From a virus: 64,000 nt of DNA. The position numbers were made by a program, and so were the translations under genes. The notes under the pieces were generated by a model that ran no database searches, was not told the origin of the DNA, and was given only the letters and a program-made list of their open reading frames with translations. Location: positions 48,372 through 112,371 of the IMG/VR virus record IMGVR_UViG_3300007511_000007. One strand, written 5' to 3'. Shown here piece after piece: positions 1-9,047 of the stretch (positions are counted from its first letter, which is position 1; every line of letters starts with the position of its first letter).

Positions 1-3000
1 GTTTCTTCTCGGCCTTTTGTTGTTTCTGCTTTTCGGCTACAACCTTTTCGCCCTCTTCAAGAGTAGTGAGGATTATGTCCATCGAATTCTTATCTTCGAG
101 CTTCCCAAGCAATCGCTCTGCCCTGAACTTTGCCTCTTCAAGAGCATCCTTCGCTTTCTCCGCATCCTCAATCGCAAAGGCACTTTCCAGATTACCAAGT
201 GCTTCCTCCAGGGCTGCTTTCTCCTCATCGGGGCCTTCTAATTCCGCAAGCTCCTTCTTTGCCCCGGAGACCCCTGCCTCTTCCTCTTTGGGTTCCTTCT
301 CGCTTTCACCCTGCTCATCGGCTTCATCACTTTTGTACTTCGCCTGTTCTTCAGGGCTGAGGCTGTTCCAGCCCACCTGTGTAACTTCACCGCCTTCGGT
401 TTGGTGATCAAACTTCTTGCCCACAGCCCATTCAGGAGTATCCCCGGCCATCATCAAATGCCAGAATGCCACTCTCCCCGGAGAGGGGATGTCCTCGGAA
501 ATGAGCCAACGAGATGCAATCCTCTTGTAGTTCAAGGACATGTCTTTGTCGTCACCACGATCTCCGTGGTCAACATCGGGATCATCCTCGGGTTTGACCT
601 GCTCCCGGCGAAGATCATTGCGAGGCGGCTTCTTCTTTGGTTCTGGCCGCACCAAACGTTCCGCTTCTTCGTCTTCCTTTTCCCCATGGTCTTTGGTGGC
701 TTGCTTGAACTTTTCCTCACACGACCCGCACACAGCGGGCATCTCAAGGACTTCTGCGTGTTCATGTACTCTTTGTGGACAACGGCATTGGTTTTTGTTT
801 CCGCAGATCGGGCACGTCAAACGCCAATGCTCAGGCTGCAGGATCTGCATAATCTGAGCTACAGTCTCCCCTCTCCGAACATGCAGGTCATACAAACGGT
901 CGCCCGAAGCACTCCGATAGAGCTTCAGTTTTGCTTCATAAAGGGCTGACTGGCGCACCCCTTGATCACAATCTTCCAGATAGCCTGCCGCAATCAACTC
1001 ATCCACAGCATCGTCATCCACCTGGTGACCCCGAAGAAAGTACCCTTTTGGAGTCTTCAGAATAGGCTGCTGGTGAATGTCCATGTCCTGCATAATGGCC
1101 TGTTCATATCCGGTTAGGCTGGATTGCAGTCCCAGATCTCCCCGGAGCACCCACTCATCCCCATCACCTTCTGGGCCATCGGTAGCATTGTTGATGTTGA
1201 TGATGGCAACCTTCTTTCCTTTCTGCACCGACCCGTCATGGACATAAGAATCTTCCAGCCCCGGCACCAGATAGTCGGAACGCAAGATCGAAGTTGTGTG
1301 CCCAACGATGTCTGCCACTTCCTCAAGGGCTTTCTTGAACTCTTCCTTGAGGATCTTGTCTTTTTCTTTCCTCGCATGGGGGAGGGCCGGGCCTTTCTTA
1401 CGAACTTTTCCCAGAGCCTTTCGCATCTCACGGTTAGCGTGGAAGCCTCGCATATCCTTGGCAGTGATCTCGTAAGGTTTGAGATACTCATTGATATCAG
1501 ATGCGCTCACGTCGGGGAGGACTTCTTCGTCATCTCCCTTCCCTTTGGCCGCTGCTTTCAAGGCAGAAATCAACTTTGAGTCCGTAACTTCCTTGGTGTG
1601 TTTGACCCCAGACTTGCCAGTATACTTCAGGACCGCCTTCCCTTCTTTAAAGGATATATGGCTGGCTTTCCATCCCGTAACCCCGTAGTGGCCTTTGTCT
1701 GCGGAGTCCTCATTCCCGACTCGCTCATAAGTCTCGTTGATGAGAGCAACCGCCATCGCAGTTTGTTTCTTCTTGTCGTCCTTGGCGTTGAGATCCTTCT
1801 CTACTTGCTTACGGAGCTTGGGGTATTCCTTCTCAAGCTGTTCGAGCTTCTTAGCCTTCTCCCGGTGCCGATGCTGAACTTGCCCATCTGTGTATTCATA
1901 GACGACCTGCTCATCGCCATCCTTGTTCTTGATCTTTTTCTTGTCTTTGTACTTGGCCGCAACCCGGATCGCCTGTGCTACCATTCTACCGGCTTCTTTG
2001 CTGATCCCCTCCCAGTAAGGGTCGACGGAATAATCAGAGGGCAGTTCACCCTCCTCCTTGAGCTTCTCGACTCCTCTCTCAACATAGATGTCTTGATAGT
2101 CCCGGTCATTTCGGATCACCCAAGTACAGAACTTCCACAAAGCGTCCAACTCTTCTCGTCTCGGGGGGCGAGCAATTTCAGGATGAGCCAAATAATGCTC
2201 AACGATGTCGTGAAGGGCTGGTTCAAGAATATCCGCTGGGCCGTCCCCGATCACATAACCTGCTTGATTACCTGGGTCCATCTGCAAAGTCTCAGGATGA
2301 ATTGCCCAATACCCGGCTTGCTTCGAGAAACGAATTGCTACCCTCTTCGAACTCCCCTCAACGCCCCGACGGGCCAGTTGGAAACGCTTCCCCAACTCCG
2401 GGTAGAAACTAAAAACTTCCTGCGGTACTTCTTTGCCCCCCATCAGAGCCTTTGCGATTTCCCTCTTGTGCCTTGACCGATAAAACGCCAAATCCATCTC
2501 TCGTTTAGCGTCAAGTTCCTTCTTTTCCTTGCGGTACCCCACTTCTTCAGCAAACTGTTTTTCTAGCCTCTGACGCATAAAGACCTTTTTTGCCAATCCC
2601 TTGAGAACCCCTTTCTCTCTCCTTGTTCGGTTCGGGGTCGCAAACAAAGTGCCCCCGAGAAACGTAGCGAACTCTGCCTCCGTCGCCATTTCTCTAGGGT
2701 TAATGCCCTGTTCTCTCACCCATGCATCAAAAGGCAGATCCGGGCGTCTGATCTCTCGGAGCAGTCCTGAGTCACGGATGAACTCAGGTAAGGACATCTG
2801 CCAAAACTCCTTTCGAGATGCCCCTACCCTTTTCTCCAAATGCTCGTGCATTTCAGCATTGTTACTCCCCCACCCATGCGCGAGGGGATTTGCTGGAGTC
2901 AATGAGATCTTCTCCAGCTTCGGAAGTCCCCACACCTCGATGTCCTCCACATCCCACGCCCCTGTGGGCAGCTTCCCCTTGAATTCGCTATCAACGCCCT

Positions 3001-5152
3001 CCAGATAGCCCAACGTCGTATGCGGGCGATAAATGTGCGGTGAGACATCTACAAGGTCAAAGCCTGCCTCCTGGTACGCCTCAGCAAGCCTCCAGCGTAA
3101 TTCGGAGATAGGTCTCTCAAACCGAATGTTCATATGCGGGATCGCCAAGTCTTTCTCAGCATTACGGAAATAATCGACCTGATGGAACTCGGCTTTGGTC
3201 GTCGGCGTACCCAACCCACCAGGGATGATGGTTTCGGCAATATCGAGGAATTCCTGTTCTCGCCCTTTCACATCCCCGACAATCAAGAAGGTGATATGCT
3301 CCGGGGAATCATCATTGGCCAGTTCAGGAAACTGCTTCCCGAGTTTTTCGGGAACTCGGATGAAGAATCCTGCCGATGTGGAATCCCCCGTGACGCTGCC
3401 GTCCCCACCGGCAGTCTTACGGCTTTTCTCTTCCCAATACTCTGGGGGGTTGGACCATTCGTTCGACTCTCCCAGCAATTGCTTTGCTCTCTGAGAGTAC
3501 CACCACAAAGTGGAGCTTGCAGAATCAATGAACTCTTCCACTGCTTTGGGCTTCGGTCCCGGTGGCTCATCTTTCAAACTGTATGGGACTCCAATATCAA
3601 ACCCACTGTTTTTGACCCCAATCCACGCACGCCTCAGTTCCTCCTTCTGCTCCTCAGGAAGTGCCATGACTTGCTGCATGGTCACATTGTAATGCTCACA
3701 AATGAGATCAACCCACGGATTTAGCTTTCTATCGGTGATATTTTTGATGCTCCGAAGGAGGTGGTCAACTTCCACGCCATCTATAGGTCGGCCTAATGCG
3801 TCCCGGTACTCCATGTCGATTCTGTCAATGAAGTCCCCGGCCATATCCAAGGGGCCATCCCCAGTCCAATGCCCCGCATCGGGAACCTCTGGAATTTTCT
3901 CTGGATTCAACTCCCACCATGAGGCAGTTTTCAGGAACCGGGTTGCTACCTTTTGAGCAGGCCCCCTACGCTTCGTGATTTCGTCCATGACCGCATCCGT
4001 TAGATCGGGTTTCTTTGCCAACTCGGGCTTCTCCAGCATCAACTCTCGGGCAATCTGGAATGGAATCTGTCGTTCCGGGCCTTCCAAATTATGAATCTCA
4101 AACACTAGCCGTTGATCCACAAGAGGGCGTTGCAGGAGCTTAAGGAAGTTGTCCGCTTCCTTCGGCTTCATGCCCAGAGTGATCTTACGCAACGTTTCTT
4201 GCTGCTCAGGGGACAAGAATGAGATTGGAGACCGAACCTGAATCCCCAATCCCGCAAGATCCAACAAGAGTCCGACCCCCTTATCATTCAGGTGTCCGGA
4301 AAGGTAGCTGGCAAACGCGTTGTTCTCCCGCACCATCTCAGCGATGACTTTGAGAAGCCCCAACTTCTGCATGAGCTTCAGAGAGTCTCGGGCGTTCTTT
4401 TCCCTGATAACATTCTCCACCATGAGCTTGCCGATTGCTTCCCAAGGAGCTTTCTTCATCTTGGGGGCATTGCGTTTGATAGCGGCAGCAATCTGGGGTG
4501 GAATCGTGAAACCGTACTTAGCAACAAACTTCACGGCACGCAATAAGCGAGTTGGATCATCAGAGAACGTTTTGTCTGGATCAGACGGGCAACGGAGTTC
4601 TCCTTTCTGAAGATCACGTAAGCCACATCCCGTGATATCCACGATCTCAGCTTTATCCGGCCCCTTAGCGATCTCAGCCAATTCCCACATCAAGGTATTG
4701 AGCGTAAATTCCCGCCTCAACACATCTTCTTTAATTGTCGCAGGTTCAACCGTATGGGGTTTGTACCCTTTCCCGCCCTGGCCTCCATATGACTCTTTTC
4801 GGGCATTGGCAATCTCAAGTACCTCACCCTTCATGTCATGGCCGTCCAGATCCCAATGATCCTTCACAGTAACGATAGCAACCCCGTAGTTGTTCGTGAC
4901 CACACTGGTTCTGACAGGGATCGCTTTGACCAACTGGTTCGCAAACCATGCGGAGTCTCTGCCCTTCAACGCAATTGTATCAATTACAACATCCACATCC
5001 TTGATTGGAGCTTTGAGGAGATGATTTCGAACAGCCCCACCCACGATGTAAATGTGTTTGTCTGCCCGAGATTTCTTTGCGACTGAGGCCAGAAACTTGG
5101 CGAGGATTATTGCTCGCTTGTTTCTTCCTCGAATAGCTGTTTTTGAAACCAC
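1..5152 (-). CDS. Giant multidomain polyprotein, >=1717 aa, runs off the left edge: class II CCA/poly(A)-type nucleotidyltransferase (~5152-3960), 2H phosphoesterase (~3400-2890), type IB topoisomerase catalytic domain (~1950-1230), Cys-rich Zn finger (~815-715), acidic/coiled-coil tail
   Basis: Hand translation: GTG at 5152 after GAGGTG, with an in-frame TGA just upstream and no stop down to position 1 (probably why the ORF track omits it). Motifs: YIVGGAVRN..KDVDVV, EDVLRREFTLN, FSDDPTRLLRAVKF; HITF (3298) and HTTL (3022); ERVGNE, GKSG, AKDMR, VGHTTSILRSDY (Tyr 1273); CPICG..CRC..CGSC. Confidence 0.92.
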   Translation of the reverse strand, partial: MVSKTAIRGRNKRAIILAKFLASVAKKSRADKHIYIVGGAVRNHLLKAPIKDVDVVIDTIALKGRDSAWFANQLVKAIPVRTSVVTNNYGVAIVTVKDHWDLDGHDMKGEVLEIANARKESYGGQGGKGYKPHTVEPATIKEDVLRREFTLNTLMWELAEIAKGPDKAEIVDITGCGLRDLQKGELRCPSDPDKTFSDDPTRLLRAVKFVAKYGFTIPPQIAAAIKRNAPKMKKAPWEAIGKLMVENVIREKNARDSLKLMQKLGLLKVIAEMVRENNAFASYLSGHLNDKGVGLLLDLAGLGIQVRSPISFLSPEQQETLRKITLGMKPKEADNFLKLLQRPLVDQRLVFEIHNLEGPERQIPFQIARELMLEKPELAKKPDLTDAVMDEITKRRGPAQKVATRFLKTASWWELNPEKIPEVPDAGHWTGDGPLDMAGDFIDRIDMEYRDALGRPIDGVEVDHLLRSIKNITDRKLNPWVDLICEHYNVTMQQVMALPEEQKEELRRAWIGVKNSGFDIGVPYSLKDEPPGPKPKAVEEFIDSASSTLWWYSQRAKQLLGESNEWSNPPEYWEEKSRKTAGGDGSVTGDSTSAGFFIRVPEKLGKQFPELANDDSPEHITFLIVGDVKGREQEFLDIAETIIPGGLGTPTTKAEFHQVDYFRNAEKDLAIPHMNIRFERPISELRWRLAEAYQEAGFDLVDVSPHIYRPHTTLGYLEGVDSEFKGKLPTGAWDVEDIEVWGLPKLEKISLTPANPLAHGWGSNNAEMHEHLEKRVGASRKEFWQMSLPEFIRDSGLLREIRRPDLPFDAWVREQGINPREMATEAEFATFLGGTLFATPNRTRREKGVLKGLAKKVFMRQRLEKQFAEEVGYRKEKKELDAKREMDLAFYRSRHKREIAKALMGGKEVPQEVFSFYPELGKRFQLARRGVEGSSKRVAIRFSKQAGYWAIHPETLQMDPGNQAGYVIGDGPADILEPALHDIVEHYLAHPEIARPPRREELDALWKFCTWVIRNDRDYQDIYVERGVEKLKEEGELPSDYSVDPYWEGISKEAGRMVAQAIRVAAKYKDKKKIKNKDGDEQVVYEYTDGQVQHRHREKAKKLEQLEKEYPKLRKQVEKDLNAKDDKKKQTAMAVALINETYERVGNEDSADKGHYGVTGWKASHISFKEGKAVLKYTGKSGVKHTKEVTDSKLISALKAAAKGKGDDEEVLPDVSASDINEYLKPYEITAKDMRGFHANREMRKALGKVRKKGPALPHARKEKDKILKEEFKKALEEVADIVGHTTSILRSDYLVPGLEDSYVHDGSVQKGKKVAIININNATDGPEGDGDEWVLRGDLGLQSSLTGYEQAIMQDMDIHQQPILKTPKGYFLRGHQVDDDAVDELIAAGYLEDCDQGVRQSALYEAKLKLYRSASGDRLYDLHVRRGETVAQIMQILQPEHWRLTCPICGNKNQCRCPQRVHEHAEVLEMPAVCGSCEEKFKQATKDHGEKEDEEAERLVRPEPKKKPPRNDLRREQVKPEDDPDVDHGDRGDDKDMSLNYKRIASRWLISEDIPSPGRVAFWHLMMAGDTPEWAVGKKFDHQTEGGEVTQVGWNSLSPEEQAKYKSDEADEQGESEKEPKEEEAGVSGAKKELAELEGPDEEKAALEEALGNLESAFAIEDAEKAKDALEEAKFRAERLLGKLEDKNSMDIILTTLEEGEKVVAEKQKQQKAEKK

Positions 5153-5167
5153 ACGTCACCTCTAGCA

Positions 5168-5197
5168 CCTACTTCCCTGCAAACTATCGAAGGAATA
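5168..5197 (-). promoter_or_regulatory. Phage-specific (putative late) promoter motif, copy 1
   Basis: TATTCCTTCGAT-N14-TAGG just upstream of the polyprotein; matches six other intergenic copies. Confidence 0.65.
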
Positions 5198-5198
5198 A

Positions 5199-8100
5199 CT
5201 AGAAGCGACCGCCATCATCCTTCGGCGGCTCATACTCCAAACCCAATTTCTCAGCGATCTGCTTCACAATTTCCGTACCTTCCACAAGTTTCGCAGCAAC
5301 ATCGTTGTAGACGCCCCGCACCATCTCATTGAAGGTAGGATCGTTTACTGTCCACAGATCCCGCTCCACCTTCTCACGGGTTCTTTCAGGATCAATGTTC
5401 AGAAGCTCAAGAATAATCTCGATGTCCAGCGACCCTTTCTGGTACAGGTTGAAGAGATGGTCGAACGTGTCGGAGTTGTCCCTCAAAGCCAACCGGGTAA
5501 AGGACACAGAGGGGTAGATGACATTCTCGTCATCATACTCATCAGCCTCAATGAACCCCATACGGCGGCACATTGGTTTGAAAAGTTGCTCCTCAATGAA
5601 GTCTTGAAGGATCTCACGCAAGAGCATGTATCTGGTATTGATGACCTCAAGATTGATCCGGTCTCCCGAATAGCTGGATTCTCCTGAAAGAAGACTTTCT
5701 GTGACACCCAGACCCGAATACATCTGGCGATCTGTGCGGTCATAAAGGTTCGACCAATCCGGAACTCGTGTGTCAGACCCCATCTCCTCCCAATTAACCT
5801 GGAAGTTGGTGACGATTGAGAAATCGGGGTCTGCCAGAGCCATATCAACCTGATCCCGCAATTCCTCGATATCGTCCACATCCATACCCTCGGCCCAGAC
5901 AATTCTGATGGGAGTCATGTGACGAGAAGCTATCGACGTTTCCGCCTGCCTAATCTTGTCTCGAAAAACGAGTATTCTCATGCAGTTGTGTACCAAAACC
6001 TCATGTGTTACTAGAGATTCGTCGTCTTCTACATCGAAGGAATAAACGATGCCTTTGTAATGCACTGCCTGTGTTTCCTTGATTTTTCTCAACAGCTTCT
6101 TTGATCCGGACCAACCAGTGTCTTTGCCCGCCCGATTCACTGCGGAGAGCTTACCCTCCCCTTTCACTGTCTGCTCGGCCCACTTCTTGACATCCTCGGT
6201 GGAGCAACAAGAGAGACCCCAAAAGTCTTTCTTTCCGTATTGGTATGTCTTCTCTTGCCACCCGGCTGCTGTTTTCCACTTCCGGGACCAATTACGTGCT
6301 TGCCGACTCCTTTTTTTAATCTGTGTTTTGATCCCAACACGATTACAAAGAAGATGGATCTGATGAATCAACAAGCGGTTATCGAGTTGGATTTCAATTT
6401 GCGCTGCGTTCTCATCCCAATGCAACCAACCATCTGTATCCAGCAATCCCTTAAGGAATGCTAAGATCCGTTCCTCGCCCAAATTGAAGACCCATTCAGG
6501 GACACTTTTACCCGAAGCCCCATGTCCAAACTCTTCCATGAACCATCGGGCCAAAAGCATATCTCCGATTCTGATTTGTGTGGCCTCCAGGTCCGCTTCA
6601 CCCACCCCAAACAAGTTCCCTCTGTCCAAGCCCCCGAATTGACTTAAGACGCCTTCAACTTTTTGTTTGAGTTTCTCATCTCGTTCACCCTTCCCAAAAG
6701 TCCATGCCAGACTATGCGTGTTGAGTAGAGAATCTTTTTGTGTCCAGACACAACCATCCCCCAACCAGGTTCCAACCAGATACATAAAGTCATCTGATAT
6801 AGAGATCTTGGAAACAGGGGAACTCAAACTTTTCGTGACGACTGCTCCTGGGACACGGATTTCTTTTGCTATTGGATGCCAAAGAGTTCCGTTTCCCTTT
6901 CCTCGGCCTTTGAACACCTTTTCGGTCTGCAGGCCAATTTGATTCCGCAGCCGTGAGACACAGGCACGGAGACCTGCATAGGTATGTCCAGTGATCCCCC
7001 TAATGGCTTCATAAGAAGCCTCAGTCGGTTCTTCTAATCCCTTGAGCCAATTGATCAGACGGGTAGACTTCTTGACGGCTTCTATCCGCCCTGCGTCATC
7101 CTGCTCATATTCAAAAGAAACAACAAGCTCTCCCGCTCCTGATGTGTCTGCCTCTATAGCAGTGATTTTCCGCTCCCGTCTCTCAAACCCTTTCTGGTTC
7201 TCCCTGAAGCGTCTATCAACTTCAAGTTCTTTTCCCCGCCACCAGTCGGCCAAATCAATCTCAGTAATCGGATTGGACTCAGGAACCACTTGCGCTTCTT
7301 TAACCAAATCGCCTTCTTTGAACTCTTGTGCTTCAATCCACTCTTCTGTCTCATCTTCGTTGACCCGCAGGATGCGGTGATCGGAAGTTACTGCCAAAGG
7401 CCGTTCAATACCCGCCACAGAAAGAATAGTTATTTCCTCATCTACGGGGCGAGAGCCTTTCTGAGCTTTACGGAATCTACCTTTGTGGGTCAACAGAGAA
7501 TCCACTTCAACGTCCACGTCTTCTACAGGAATTTGCTGAATGATACCGTTTCGTTTGACTGTGACCAGAGTGCCGGGTAGTAAGCAACGTTCCAGTAAGG
7601 AAGAACCCCGTGGCTCATATTGGGACTTCTTTCTGCACATGTAGTAGACAAAACTACCCGCGTCCGGATCTGTGTTCAAAGGAATGTTTCGTCCTTGAAG
7701 AATTGCAGACGTGACATCCCCCGGCATCGAATTTACAACCCGAATTGCGTCTCTGTCTCCCATATTGGCTTTCTGGATCACGTCCTTGGTCTTCGAGTCG
7801 GCTACCAACTCAATGATCTTCTCGTCCGTGAACGGGAATGCCTCCATATGAATCTGCTCAGGGGGTAGCACTCTGAGCGCAGTCCATCCTTTGTAGTTCT
7901 TCTTGAGCCACCCAACCGCCCGTGCATTGGCGTCTTCACGCAATTGCCATCGTTCAATTGCTTTGCCGTCTGGGGTCAGTTCCCGAATCGCCTCTTCACG
8001 AATCTCTTTCGGCATCTCCGGATTATTGTCCTCACAGAAAATGAAAACTTCGCCCAGCAAATGGTAGTCGTGGACAATCTCAATCAGACGATGGAGAATC

Positions 8101-8498
8101 TCATTTTTCTTGCACCACCGCTCACAAAATTCGAGGGCTTTCTCCGCAAGCGTCCGGTTCTTGGCCTTGGGCATCCCCAAACGAAGTTTGGAGAGAGGCA
8201 GTTCCGTGTGGAGGTCAATCGCCTGCCCGACAAAACAATCAGTTTTGTACCAGAACCGGTAATAGTTCCGTTGCTCGTCAATGCTCTGTGGAAGTTCAAG
8301 GAAGTCCGTGGATAACTCAGGAGAATAAAAGTTCCCCCCGGAACCCCCAACGGTACCACCTACCGTTGGGTAAGCCACCTTTGAGCGCATCGCAGAAGAC
8401 ATGATCTTGCGGGGTTTCCCCGTGGACACTTTGGGTCTCGGGGGGATCTTCTTTACCTCTACGGCAGTGTCATTCTGTGCCCGTTCTTCTTTGGTCAT
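5199..8498 (-). CDS. Portal protein interrupted by an intein (spliced product about 565 aa)
   Basis: Lies near terL; portal-like segments (FVGQAIDLHTELPLS, YEPRGSSLLER/CMRILVFRDK, SGESSYSG..NLEV); clear intein termini. Confidence 0.8.
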   Translation of the reverse strand: MTKEERAQNDTAVEVKKIPPRPKVSTGKPRKIMSSAMRSKVAYPTVGGTVGGSGGNFYSPELSTDFLELPQSIDEQRNYYRFWYKTDCFVGQAIDLHTELPLSKLRLGMPKAKNRTLAEKALEFCERWCKKNEILHRLIEIVHDYHLLGEVFIFCEDNNPEMPKEIREEAIRELTPDGKAIERWQLREDANARAVGWLKKNYKGWTALRVLPPEQIHMEAFPFTDEKIIELVADSKTKDVIQKANMGDRDAIRVVNSMPGDVTSAILQGRNIPLNTDPDAGSFVYYMCRKKSQYEPRGSSLLERCLLPGTLVTVKRNGIIQQIPVEDVDVEVDSLLTHKGRFRKAQKGSRPVDEEITILSVAGIERPLAVTSDHRILRVNEDETEEWIEAQEFKEGDLVKEAQVVPESNPITEIDLADWWRGKELEVDRRFRENQKGFERRERKITAIEADTSGAGELVVSFEYEQDDAGRIEAVKKSTRLINWLKGLEEPTEASYEAIRGITGHTYAGLRACVSRLRNQIGLQTEKVFKGRGKGNGTLWHPIAKEIRVPGAVVTKSLSSPVSKISISDDFMYLVGTWLGDGCVWTQKDSLLNTHSLAWTFGKGERDEKLKQKVEGVLSQFGGLDRGNLFGVGEADLEATQIRIGDMLLARWFMEEFGHGASGKSVPEWVFNLGEERILAFLKGLLDTDGWLHWDENAAQIEIQLDNRLLIHQIHLLCNRVGIKTQIKKRSRQARNWSRKWKTAAGWQEKTYQYGKKDFWGLSCCSTEDVKKWAEQTVKGEGKLSAVNRAGKDTGWSGSKKLLRKIKETQAVHYKGIVYSFDVEDDESLVTHEVLVHNCMRILVFRDKIRQAETSIASRHMTPIRIVWAEGMDVDDIEELRDQVDMALADPDFSIVTNFQVNWEEMGSDTRVPDWSNLYDRTDRQMYSGLGVTESLLSGESSYSGDRINLEVINTRYMLLREILQDFIEEQLFKPMCRRMGFIEADEYDDENVIYPSVSFTRLALRDNSDTFDHLFNLYQKGSLDIEIILELLNIDPERTREKVERDLWTVNDPTFNEMVRGVYNDVAAKLVEGTEIVKQIAEKLGLEYEPPKDDGGRF
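5985..7586 (-). mobile_element. Intein with LAGLIDADG homing endonuclease in the portal gene (534 aa)
   Basis: Begins CLLPGTLV, has a TSDH block B, ends VLVHN followed by Cys+1; LAGLIDADG-like LVGTWLGDG and LKGLLDTDG. Confidence 0.92.
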
Positions 8499-8505
8499 GG
8501 ATCAC

Positions 8506-8802
8506 CTATTTAGCCGCGGCTTCCCGCTGTTTAGCCCGCTCCTCTTTTCGTTTCTGACGAGCCTGCATCGCCCGCTCGTCCTCAGTAATCAAATCAGGAT
8601 CTTCCATACCCGCCATATCTCGTAGTCCCCTGACAGAATTGAAAGCATCCATCAGTCGGCCAATGTCCCGCCTGGTCTTCTTCAGAGCGGGCACTTTACG
8701 AGAAGTGCTGTTGCGGCGGGTAAATCTGGCACAAAGATCAAGGGCATCCCCGAGGGAACGTTTAGCATCCTTGAGCTTCCTGTCGATTTCGGCTTCGATC
8801 AT
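8506..8802 (-). CDS. Hypothetical protein
   Basis: ORF packed in the packaging operon; ATGA overlap with the upstream gene. Confidence 0.7.
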   Translation of the reverse strand: MIEAEIDRKLKDAKRSLGDALDLCARFTRRNSTSRKVPALKKTRRDIGRLMDAFNSVRGLRDMAGMEDPDLITEDERAMQARQKRKEERAKQREAAAK

Positions 8803-9047
8803 GTCACATCCTTCTTCGACACTATACCTGTGGAGATCGCCGCCTTCACAGTCTTCCGCAAAAGAGACATCTCATCCGTAGATCCCAGAAAGAGTTTCTC
8901 CCACGATCCCCCGGCTTTTTGGAACACTTCAGAGATCTTGTTGTATTCCTCAGCCTTGTCCAGAAATTTGCCGGGACTCACATCCAACAGCCGGGCGATC
9001 ATTCGATGATCAGCACGGGTTGGTTTTATCGCCGTGAGCGTGACCAT
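8799..9047 (-). CDS. Hypothetical protein
   Basis: ATG at 9047 preceded by GGAGGGGG; operon context. Confidence 0.65.
   Translation of the reverse strand: MVTLTAIKPTRADHRMIARLLDVSPGKFLDKAEEYNKISEVFQKAGGSWEKLFLGSTDEMSLLRKTVKAAISTGIVSKKDVT

Noticed and set aside
4980-5168. 62-aa minus ORF (also 3283-3570, 1114-1491 and 532-765)
   Set aside because: These are out-of-frame overlaps with the giant polyprotein frame, which carries all the enzyme motifs.
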